From: Candidatus Thalassarchaeaceae archaeon
GTDB lineage: Archaea > Thermoplasmatota > Poseidoniia > Poseidoniales > Thalassarchaeaceae
DNA: 32,000 nucleotides
Assembly (NCBI GenBank): GCA_045568075.1
Contig: JBJLBP010000001.1
Location: forward strand, 1,530,001 to 1,562,000
Direction: 5' to 3'
Shown here: positions 25,151 through 32,000 of the stretch, piece after piece
How the letters are laid out: each line of letters opens with the position of its first letter
Position numbering within the stretch: the stretch's first letter is position 1
Notes under the pieces: model-generated
Seen by the model: the letters and a program-made list of their open reading frames with translations, nothing else
Told to the model about the DNA's origin: nothing
The model's database searches: none
Translations under genes and position numbers: made by a program

Positions 25151-26208
25151 TTCGCTTTCACCTAGCGAAATTAGACTTCTCTCCTTTCGGCGACTTGAAT
25201 ACGAAAGAGCGAGCCGACCGTTCCGTGACATCCTATTCGCGTGACGATTTTACGGCGCCAGTCGAGGATTACGACTTCGCCACAATTGACACCCCGCGCT
25301 CACTCATTGACCAGATGGCACGAGCCGGTGGATTCACCGCAACCAAGCTCGCGCACGCGCGTGACATTCTGGGTTCCTCGATGGCAAAAACCGACGAGGA
25401 GGGAGTGTTGAATTGGTTGTCCTTCCCAGCCTGCCTATGTGCGACGGGGACTCGTGGATTCTTTCTCGAAGCGGTCAAGCGTAAGTCGTTCAACGTCATC
25501 ATCACCACCTGCGGAACGCTAGATCATGACATCGCGCGGACCTTCCAGGACTACTTTCATGGAGACTTCAACCTCGACGATATCGCGCTCGGCGAAGAAG
25601 GTCTCAACCGCTTGGGTAATGTCATAGTACCCAACGAATGCTACGGTGAGATTCTCGAAAATGTCGTTCTGCCTTGGTTAGAAGAAATTGAGGAAGAGAG
25701 GGCTGCCACACAGCCGGATAATATCTGGTTAGGATTTGGTTCAGTTGAACTCTGCTGGGCAATGGGTGACCGTATCGAAGACGAGACTTCGCTTCTACAC
25801 TGGGTCGCCAAGCACCGAATCCCAATGGTCATCCCAGGACTTTCCGATGGCTCGATCGGTGCTCAGCTTTTCATGCACCGTCAAAAGAATCCTAATTTCA
25901 TGGTCGACTTCCTAGCCGACGAGCAGATTCTCTCGGACCTGACTTGGACTGCTAAGGAGAGTCATGCTCTGATGGTTGGCGGTGGTATCTCAAAGCATCA
26001 CGTCATCTGGTGGAATCAGTATCGTGATGGATTGGACTCAGCGGTTGGTATCACCACCGCGCCCGAACACGATGGTTCTCTCTCCGGCGCGCGTCTCAAA
26101 GAAGCAATTTCTTGGGGTAAGATTCGTCCGGAGGCACCGCATGTGGTTGTGGAAGGAGATGCAAGTGTTTTGTTGCCACTTCTCGGTGCAGACCTCTTCG
26201 CAGAATAA
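25147..26208 (+). CDS. dys: Deoxyhypusine synthase
   Basis: Diagnostic segments are ITTCGTLDHDI, GGGISKHHVIWWNQY and TTAPEHDGSLSGARLKEAISWGKI. An ATGA overlaps the uvrB stop. Confidence 0.88.
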   Translation: MIRFHLAKLDFSPFGDLNTKERADRSVTSYSRDDFTAPVEDYDFATIDTPRSLIDQMARAGGFTATKLAHARDILGSSMAKTDEEGVLNWLSFPACLCATGTRGFFLEAVKRKSFNVIITTCGTLDHDIARTFQDYFHGDFNLDDIALGEEGLNRLGNVIVPNECYGEILENVVLPWLEEIEEERAATQPDNIWLGFGSVELCWAMGDRIEDETSLLHWVAKHRIPMVIPGLSDGSIGAQLFMHRQKNPNFMVDFLADEQILSDLTWTAKESHALMVGGGISKHHVIWWNQYRDGLDSAVGITTAPEHDGSLSGARLKEAISWGKIRPEAPHVVVEGDASVLLPLLGADLFAE

Positions 26209-26228
26209 TCCAAATTGCTAGAAACGGC

Positions 26229-26256
26229 AATTCGAAAAAGGTCGAATTTATTTTCT
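26229..26256 (+). terminator. Hairpin plus T-tract terminator candidate after the ubiD-ubiA-uvrB-dys operon
   Basis: AATTCGA-aaaagg-TCGAATT is a perfect 7-bp stem. It is followed by TATTTTCT, 21 nt after the dys stop. Confidence 0.4.
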
Positions 26257-26405
26257 CACTGGCGAGGTCTTTACCAGTGCAGGAATACGACCCTATACCC
26301 CTAAAAATCAACATTTCAAGGTAATTTACGAGCATTAAGTGGATATACTCAGCGAAATAAGTGACGGAGCATTGCTTAAGAGGCGTCGCGGATGGGCGAA
26401 GCGTT

Positions 26406-26582
26406 ATGTCTGTTGAGGCAATGTTACAGAACATGATTGATGAGTTGAATGACACCCTGAAGGATGCTGCGAAGCATGACAAGGGTGTGAACGCTGCTGG
26501 AACACGGGTTCGCAAGACTATGCAGGGCATCAAGGCTGCAGCTCAGGATGTGCGCAAGCAGGTCCAGTCTGACCGTTCATGA
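26406..26582 (+). CDS. Small basic Hc1-N-terminal-like ('histone H1-like') nucleoid-associated protein candidate
   Basis: The sequence is MSVEAMLQNMIDELNDTLKDAAKHDKGVNAAGTRVRKTMQGIKAAAQDVRKQVQSDRS. The core G.NAAGTR.RK.....K.....VRK resembles the short bacterial Hc1-like family as I recall it. The ORF-track start at 26361 is an alternative. Confidence 0.5.
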   Translation: MSVEAMLQNMIDELNDTLKDAAKHDKGVNAAGTRVRKTMQGIKAAAQDVRKQVQSDRS

Positions 26583-26629
26583 ATCGGTTCTGAACCAATC
26601 TGAAAAATTCCACGGTCATCCGTGTGAGT

Positions 26630-27355
26630 TCACTCGCCCTGCGTGTGAGCGAAGAGTTCCATTAACCCGACGCGCATCGCTGTTAGCGGTCGCCACCCTT
26701 CATCACGGCCCGCATCTAGCATCGCTTCGTGCAGCGGGCCGAGGTTCGGTCGCTCAACCGGCTTGTCGATTTGTTTCGCGGCCGGACTGGGAACGTTTGT
26801 CAACGACTCAATCGTATGATTCAGGTTGAGTGCATTGGTATAGCGTCCCCATAGTAGACTCATTTCTCCAAGAACGGCATCGGCACTCCAAGCTCGCCGA
26901 CCAGCGAGATCGATGACACCCTGTGTCATGGCATCAGCGTCGACAAGCGCGATGAGAGTAATTGCATCCGCCGCGTCGCGAATATGTACCCAGTGACGCG
27001 CTTCGATATCTGGTGGGGCAATACCTTCGGATCCTTCTCTAACCCATGTGACCCAGTCGTTGAGAACATCACTGCCCCAACCAATCACTCCCTCTGGCAC
27101 CAATATGTCATGAACCCTGACAATGATGTCAGCTATGGGATCCTCCAGAGAATTGGGAATCACTGCAATATCTACTGGCGGCGAAGCAGTGTGAGATGCA
27201 TTTCCTAGAGAGATTGTTAATTCTGCATCTTCTCGCTTCGCCGTGAGAGTGGCACCAGCTCGCTCAAGTCGGTCGGCGATTGCCGTATACACAGCATCGA
27301 CCTCACCCAGCAGGTGAACGACCTTTGACATCGGAGCAAGCGTGAAGGCTGACAC
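26630..27355 (-). CDS. Hypothetical protein, possibly a degenerate NAD-dependent epimerase/SDR-like fold lacking the GxxGxxG motif
   Basis: KVVHLLGEVDAVYTAIADRLERAGATL occupies the position of the Rossmann beta-alpha unit but has no Gly-rich loop. HWVHIRDAADAITLIAL and GVIDLAGRRAWSADAVL resemble the epimerase C-terminal half. The gene lies 36 nt downstream of the aminotransferase. Confidence 0.35.
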   Translation of the reverse strand: MSAFTLAPMSKVVHLLGEVDAVYTAIADRLERAGATLTAKREDAELTISLGNASHTASPPVDIAVIPNSLEDPIADIIVRVHDILVPEGVIGWGSDVLNDWVTWVREGSEGIAPPDIEARHWVHIRDAADAITLIALVDADAMTQGVIDLAGRRAWSADAVLGEMSLLWGRYTNALNLNHTIESLTNVPSPAAKQIDKPVERPNLGPLHEAMLDAGRDEGWRPLTAMRVGLMELFAHTQGE

Positions 27356-27391
27356 TCATGGTTCTGATGGTGGGCAGTGGAATTAACCCAA

Positions 27392-28927
27392 TCAAGCAGT
27401 AGCAATAGCGGCCTGCTCGAGCCCAATGAAATGGTCAAGACAATCCTTGACGATTGAGATAATCAAATCAATCTCGACGCTCGTAAGCCCAAAGTGCGGT
27501 GTGAATCTTAGCGCATTCTCGCCGCCATGAATCACTCCGAGACCCTGCTCGCGGCACCACTCTTCGATTCCACCAAATCCGATAACCGGGAATCGATCTT
27601 TATCCAACTCTGCGCAGAGCAGCAACCCAGTTCCCTGAACTAAGGTAACGCAATCTGGATATTCAGCCTGTAATTGCTTCAATTTTGCTACAAATTCCAC
27701 ACCCGCGTCTCGGATGTTTTGCCTCATCTCGGGTGTGATCCTATCGAGGACGGCCACAGCCGTTTCGAGAGCGCGAGGATTAGTCGTCATCGTATTGCCA
27801 TAAATTCCGACGACATACAATCCCGCTGCGCGCTCACTCAATCCAATCACAGACAACGGAAATTGCCCCGCATTGAGGGCTTTTGACCAAGTCTCGAGAT
27901 CTGGTTCTTCAGCGTCTTGGAATCCAGGATAATCGACGACGGAAAGGCATCCGTGTCCGCGCAATCCTGCTTGAATTGAATCGACAAGAAGAAGGGAGCC
28001 GTGTTCCTTAGTCAGTCTGCGAGCCTCGTCGTAAAACTCTCGCGAAATGCATGATCCTGGACTACCTTCTCCCTGAACTGGCTCCATAGCCATCATTTCG
28101 ATGAAGAATCCCTCATCATCGGCTCGGGCGAAAACAGATCTCAGTGCGCCGATATCATTCTGCTCAACGGTGAGGATGTGGTCGCGATTGCGGAACGAGG
28201 CGAGATTTGCGTTGTATGGAACCTTACACGAATCAGAGATTGAGGCCGGCCGCTGAGTGCGGCCGTGGAACGATTGTTTCAGTGAAAGGAGTTTGATTGG
28301 CTTTCCTTCGTGGCGACCGCCAGGTCCAGTCAACTGATTCGCGTTGACATCAGCAATCCTCATTCCAATTGTTACTGATTCGGAGCCGCTGTTGAGACAG
28401 ACGAAGCGTGAGAATGGGCAACTACCCCGCGTGTACCCAACTTCTCTTCGGAGCGCATCAGCTAATCGCTTCTGGCTGAAAGATGGAGTCATGACATTCG
28501 CCATGACCCAATTCTTTGCCATCACTTGCATGATTGGGTCGGGGCCGTGACCACCGCCGAGCATACCGTATCCGCCGTTATCGTGGAGAACACGCCCGTG
28601 AGCTGTGATAATCCAAGGACCGCGGGCTGCGATGGGAATGTACGGATTGACTGTCTCTGGTTTGTAGAAATTGATGTAATCTTCCTGTAGTTTCTCGACG
28701 AGTTCGGATTCGTTGAGCAGCAATGTAGCTCCACCGACCTCGGCGCGCAGAGCAATATGCGCTTCGTGAGCCTCTGCGATGGCGCGAGATAGCGTTGCGT
28801 CACGTGCTGCAAAATCAGCGATAACGGAATCAGATAGGCCGACCGTACGAGGTGTTCCAGAGTGCGAACGGATGTCAGCAAGGAGGTCGGCTGAGTCGGT
28901 CACAAAAAGCCGAATAGTCGGATACAC
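27392..28927 (-). CDS. Class-III (fold type I) PLP-dependent aminotransferase with an N-terminal extension of about 80 aa
   Basis: Diagnostic segments are CLNSGSESVTIGMRIA, SFHGRT and LLLVDSIQAGLRGHG (a variant of DEVQTGxGRTG). The Schiff-base Lys context is ETWSKALNAGQFPLS. Confidence 0.8.
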   Translation of the reverse strand: MYPTIRLFVTDSADLLADIRSHSGTPRTVGLSDSVIADFAARDATLSRAIAEAHEAHIALRAEVGGATLLLNESELVEKLQEDYINFYKPETVNPYIPIAARGPWIITAHGRVLHDNGGYGMLGGGHGPDPIMQVMAKNWVMANVMTPSFSQKRLADALRREVGYTRGSCPFSRFVCLNSGSESVTIGMRIADVNANQLTGPGGRHEGKPIKLLSLKQSFHGRTQRPASISDSCKVPYNANLASFRNRDHILTVEQNDIGALRSVFARADDEGFFIEMMAMEPVQGEGSPGSCISREFYDEARRLTKEHGSLLLVDSIQAGLRGHGCLSVVDYPGFQDAEEPDLETWSKALNAGQFPLSVIGLSERAAGLYVVGIYGNTMTTNPRALETAVAVLDRITPEMRQNIRDAGVEFVAKLKQLQAEYPDCVTLVQGTGLLLCAELDKDRFPVIGFGGIEEWCREQGLGVIHGGENALRFTPHFGLTSVEIDLIISIVKDCLDHFIGLEQAAIATA

Positions 28928-29105
28928 ATGAACGTTATCCGATTTTGAATTCCTAGATTCCGGAAGCGCAATTCAGAACTCTTCCTCGCCAGCAGAAGCA
29001 GTTTGGCTGACCTCATGGAGATTTCCAGGCTGATCTTACCCCTTTGGAATCCGTCAGAATCAAAGTTCTGATAATCACTCAAAAAATCAAACTCACTTTA
29101 GTTTT

Positions 29106-29145
29106 CCAATTGAAATTTTCATTTTGTATTGAATTTTTCAATTGG
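29106..29145. promoter_or_regulatory. Inverted repeat (candidate operator) in a divergent AT-rich promoter region
   Basis: The 10-bp arms CCAATTGAAA (29106-29115) and TTTCAATTGG (29136-29145) are perfect and separated by 20 bp. A TATAAG lies at 29171-29176, downstream on the + side. Confidence 0.35.
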
Positions 29146-29247
29146 ATTATCAGTCTTGATTAACCGAGAGTATAAGGGCTGATGAGCAGAACACAGCATG
29201 GGACAAGCACTGGGGACGCACTAACACCCACCGAACGAGGGAACAAA

Positions 29248-29835
29248 ATGAGCGAAGAATACCGCATCCAAGAATTACTACAGAGAGAAGTGTACGTAGG
29301 CGAGACTCTCGTCGGAATAATCACTGGAGAGAGATCTCACCCTCGAGATGAATTCGTCAGATCGATGCGACTCGAGGTCGTAGACGACGTTGCCGGCGAG
29401 TACATGCGTAAACCCGCAGGAGCCGCCCCATTGTCGAAGGAGTTAGTGCACAGCATTCGACCAGATGGCGGTGTCAAACTTTCCAAATCGATGAGAGAGC
29501 TCCAGCGACGCTGGCGCAATACAATCCGCATCGACGAGCAATTGTGGGCACCAGACGAACTTGTCGACCGAGCAGTCATGGACAATGATGGCGTCGATAT
29601 TGGGAATGTGGTTGACTTTGTGAAAGTGAAGCGGACATACCGCGGAGTCCTTGTCAATACACACTCGGCCCTTCGCCGAAAGTACGATCTACCAGATACG
29701 CTGATTATTCCAGTCAAACAACTCGCCAGGACTACTGCATTCCTCGACGAGTTGATTCTTCGCTGCAAGGTGAATCGCTTAATCACGCTGCCAAGCTATC
29801 TCGCACTGAATGGTGACGAGTCATTCGAGAATTGA
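29248..29835 (+). CDS. Tandem PRC-barrel domain protein
   Basis: Two PRC-barrel-like openings are present: ELLQREVYVGETLVGIITGE and ELVDRAVMDNDGVDIGNVVDFV. The ATG at 29248 is preceded by GAGGG. The ORF-track start at 29182 lies only 6 nt after the TATA-like element and is less likely. Confidence 0.5.
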   Translation: MSEEYRIQELLQREVYVGETLVGIITGERSHPRDEFVRSMRLEVVDDVAGEYMRKPAGAAPLSKELVHSIRPDGGVKLSKSMRELQRRWRNTIRIDEQLWAPDELVDRAVMDNDGVDIGNVVDFVKVKRTYRGVLVNTHSALRRKYDLPDTLIIPVKQLARTTAFLDELILRCKVNRLITLPSYLALNGDESFEN

Positions 29836-29916
29836 TTCATTCGAATTAGAAGTCTCAAGGTCTCTCAACAGACCTTGTAATACAGACGATTGACATCAAT
29901 CGATAGAAGGAGAATG

Positions 29917-29994
29917 TGGTGGGCATGACAGGATTTGAACCTGTGACCTCCCGGTTATCAGCCGGGTGCTCCAGCCAAACTAAGCTACACGCCC
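29917..29994 (-). tRNA. tRNA-Ile (anticodon GAU) with a genomically encoded CCA
   Basis: The reverse complement is GGGCGTG-TA-GCTT-AGTTTGGCTG-GAGC-A-CCCGG-CTGATAA-CCGGG-AGGTC-ACAGG-TTCAAAT-CCTGT-CATGCCC-A-CCA. This forms a full cloverleaf with a 7-bp acceptor stem (one G-U), 5-bp anticodon and T stems, and a GAT anticodon. Confidence 0.93.
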
Positions 29995-30108
29995 TTGAGC
30001 AGACCCGCCGAGAGGCGTTCCCATTTTGAAGGTGCCCATCGGCTCTTCGACGGGTCTGGCTGGCTATCGGAGAAGTCATGAAGGACTCGCTGCTCGCGAG
30101 GAGCACTC

Positions 30109-31038
30109 ATGCCGGTTGTGAGTGGTTCCTCAGGCCGTGCGATAGCAGAGGCTTTGGCTCCATTGCTAGGAATGGAATCGGTTGATTTGGTCAGCCGGCG
30201 CTTCCCTGATGGCGAGGGCTACGTTCGCGTACCATCTGAGTCCATAGAATCGGTGCGCAGCGAGCCTGTTGTGCTGGTCTCAAACACCTATCCAGACTCG
30301 GGTGTTCTCGAGACAATCCTACTGCTCGAAGCCATCGCTTCGGTTCGCAAAGGAGACCTCTCGAACTACAAAGGCGAGGAGCCACAGAGCCTCCCCGACG
30401 TCGGCCCCGGCGTCTTCCTCGCGATTCCATACTTCGGTTACTCCCGACAAGACAAGAGATTCTCACCTGGCGAGGCTGTAAGCGCGCGTGTAATTGGAGA
30501 AATGCTCGCGCGCTGTTGCGACGGTATCGCTATCCTAGACCTACACGCGCCAGAGGTCCTCGAGGGCCTCGACGTTCCGGTCGAATTCGTCAGCGCGATG
30601 TCAGAGGTCGCTGAGAGATTGTCGGCCAAAGTCAAACCCGATTTCATCCTCAGTCCAGACAAAGGCGCAATTGATCGCGCCACCGAGGTAGCAAATCTGA
30701 TGGGTTGTGAATTCAGCTATCTCGAAAAGACTCGAATCGATGCCCGTACCATTGAACACACACCAAAAGACCTCGATGTCGATGGTAAAATCGTCGCAAT
30801 CGTCGACGATATGATCAGTACCGGCGGAACAATCTGTCGAGCGAGTGATGCGCTCCGCCGACAAGGTGCAATAGCAGTCCACGCCGCCTGCACCCACGGA
30901 TTATTCACTGCAGGCGCAATCTCAAGGCTTGCAAATCACGTGGACGGCGTCCACAGTTCGGACTCACTTCCTAACCCGAGAGCGGTGGTCAGTTCTGCCC
31001 CCGCTCTCGCCCGCGGTCTACGAAATCTAATGTCTTGA
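30109..31038 (+). CDS. prs: Ribose-phosphate pyrophosphokinase (PRPP synthetase)
   Basis: Diagnostic segments are MPVVSGSSGRAIAEALA, IPYFGYSRQDKRF and the PRPP loop VAIVDDMISTGGTICRA. Confidence 0.9.
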   Translation: MPVVSGSSGRAIAEALAPLLGMESVDLVSRRFPDGEGYVRVPSESIESVRSEPVVLVSNTYPDSGVLETILLLEAIASVRKGDLSNYKGEEPQSLPDVGPGVFLAIPYFGYSRQDKRFSPGEAVSARVIGEMLARCCDGIAILDLHAPEVLEGLDVPVEFVSAMSEVAERLSAKVKPDFILSPDKGAIDRATEVANLMGCEFSYLEKTRIDARTIEHTPKDLDVDGKIVAIVDDMISTGGTICRASDALRRQGAIAVHAACTHGLFTAGAISRLANHVDGVHSSDSLPNPRAVVSSAPALARGLRNLMS

Positions 31039-31141
31039 AATCATCACACTGCGGGCTGAATTCAATACAATTTATATCTCCACCAATAAGCAATCTCCCA
31101 AGCGGACTACTCCTCAGATTTACCATAGGTAATCCGCTGCG

Positions 31142-31149
31142 TTTATATC
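31142..31149 (+). promoter_or_regulatory. Archaeal TATA box (TTTATATC) for the L7Ae-S28e-L24e operon
   Basis: TTTATATC ends 45 nt upstream of the ATG at 31194. The predicted 5' UTR of about 20 nt contains GGAGTG. An identical 8-mer occurs at 31071-31078. Confidence 0.5.
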
Positions 31150-31193
31150 GGCCACGCCGTGCGCCGGACTATCCCACATGAGGAGTGAATCCA

Positions 31194-31574
31194 ATGAGTG
31201 TACACATAGCATACGAGACCCCTAAGGACGTACAAGAGCAAGTCTACGAGATGGTGAAGACCCTAGGCAAAGACGGCGGAGGCGCGCTGAAGAAGGGCGC
31301 TAACGAAGTCACAAAGGCTGCAGAACGCGGCACTGCTCAGATGGTCGTCATGGCAGAGAACGTCAATCCTGGCGAACTTCTGGCCCATATCCCAATGATT
31401 TGCAAAGAAAAAGAAATTCCATTCATCTACGTAGAAGACCAGGCTTACCTCGCTGAGGCTGCTGGAATGCCAACTGGCACCCGCACCGCAGCCATCGCAG
31501 TGATGGACGTCGGCAAGGACAGCACTGACCGCTTCAACGAAGTCAAGGGCCACTTCGAGACCCTTTCTGCTTGA
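31194..31574 (+). CDS. rpl7ae: 50S ribosomal protein L7Ae (k-turn binding; also a C/D and H/ACA sRNP component)
   Basis: Diagnostic segments are LKKGANEVTKAAERGTAQMVVMAENVNP and IPFIYVEDQAYLAEAAG. The operon context is conserved. Confidence 0.92.
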   Translation: MSVHIAYETPKDVQEQVYEMVKTLGKDGGGALKKGANEVTKAAERGTAQMVVMAENVNPGELLAHIPMICKEKEIPFIYVEDQAYLAEAAGMPTGTRTAAIAVMDVGKDSTDRFNEVKGHFETLSA

Positions 31575-31607
31575 ATACACTGAATCGGAAGATACGGAGG
31601 AAATGAA

Positions 31608-31829
31608 ATGGTAGAAGTCGATGCATGGCCCGCAGAGGTCGTCGAGATCGTCGGTCGAACCGGTATGACTGGTGAGGCAACTCAAGTCAAGGTTCGCGTG
31701 AACGACGCGAAGAACCCACGCGATATTGGTCGCATCATTACTCGTAACGTAGTCGGCCCGATTAGGGTTGGAGACATTCTGATGCTGAAGGACACGGGCC
31801 GTGAGGCGCGTCGACTCAGCGCTCGATGA
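31608..31829 (+). CDS. rps28e: 30S ribosomal protein S28e
   Basis: The diagnostic segment is [68 protein letters not shown] lies 7 nt upstream of the ATG. Confidence 0.92.
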   Translation: MVEVDAWPAEVVEIVGRTGMTGEATQVKVRVNDAKNPRDIGRIITRNVVGPIRVGDILMLKDTGREARRLSAR

Positions 31830-31840
31830 GGTGATTGGAA

Positions 31841-32000
31841 ATGCCAGAGCGTAGAGTATGCAGCTTCACCCATGAGGAAATCGAGCCTGGAACCGGCATG
31901 ATGTTCGTCAAGCGCGACGGCACCACGTTTTGGTTCAAGGATTCGAAGGCACGCAAGAACCACTTGAAGTTGAAGCGCAATCCGCGCAGGCTGAAGTGGA
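31841..32000 (+). CDS. rpl24e: 50S ribosomal protein L24e (3' end truncated by the window edge)
   Basis: My translation is MPERRVCSFTHEEIEPGTGMMFVKRDGTTFWFKDSKARKNHLKLKRNPRRLKW. A GAGGTG lies upstream. The position after S28e is the conserved archaeal order. It is not in the ORF track because no stop falls within the window. Confidence 0.85.
   Translation, partial: MPERRVCSFTHEEIEPGTGMMFVKRDGTTFWFKDSKARKNHLKLKRNPRRLKW

Noticed and set aside
29917-29994. tRNA-Ile as a possible integration site for a mobile element, given the AT-rich DNA and hypothetical gene on one side
   Set aside because: There is no integrase, no direct repeat of the tRNA 3' end, and the flanking genes are housekeeping (prs, ribosomal operon).
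29855-30106. 83-aa minus-strand ORF
   Set aside because: It fully overlaps the tRNA-Ile gene on the same strand, so it is an ORF-caller artefact.
1-32000. CRISPR arrays, transposases, integrases, toxin-antitoxin pairs or known defence-system genes
   Set aside because: I found no short direct-repeat arrays and no ORFs with nuclease, recombinase, or defence-type ATPase motifs. UvrB and the DEAD-box helicase are standard housekeeping types. The window looks like core chromosome.

Overview
This window is a compact, mostly coding stretch of an archaeal chromosome. The archaea/eukaryote-specific genes L7Ae, S28e, L24e, archaeal-size uS2 and deoxyhypusine synthase support that call. The acidic proteome, roughly 50-60% G+C and large PKD-type surface proteins fit a marine planktonic euryarchaeote (Thermoplasmatota / Marine Group II-like), but that placement is inference only. 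I support about 30 CDS, one tRNA-Ile(GAU), one candidate box C/D sRNA and a few promoter or terminator candidates. No CRISPR array, transposase, integrase or recognisable defence system is present. The gene content runs as follows: two coupled surface proteins; an archaeal-order 3-hydroxyacyl-CoA dehydrogenase/enoyl-CoA hydratase fusion; a cluster of three winged-helix regulators around a low-GC membrane protein; DUF2237-Dus; a DEAD/DbpA helicase; uS2; long FKBP; a DUF3592 membrane protein; a geranylgeranyl-reductase-like flavoprotein coupled to a stand-alone CcmF; divergent UbiD-like/UbiA-like genes fused into an operon with UvrB and deoxyhypusine synthase; an Hc1-like small basic protein; a class-III aminotransferase; a tandem PRC-barrel protein; Prs; and the L7Ae-S28e-L24e operon. 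The most interesting candidates are the GGR-CcmF / UbiD-UbiA respiratory-cofactor locus, the paralogous Cys-x(1,3)-Cys-His surface proteins, the membrane-tethered wHTH cluster, and the intergenic C/D sRNA candidate. All functional calls rest on motifs read by eye from the translations. No database search was run.
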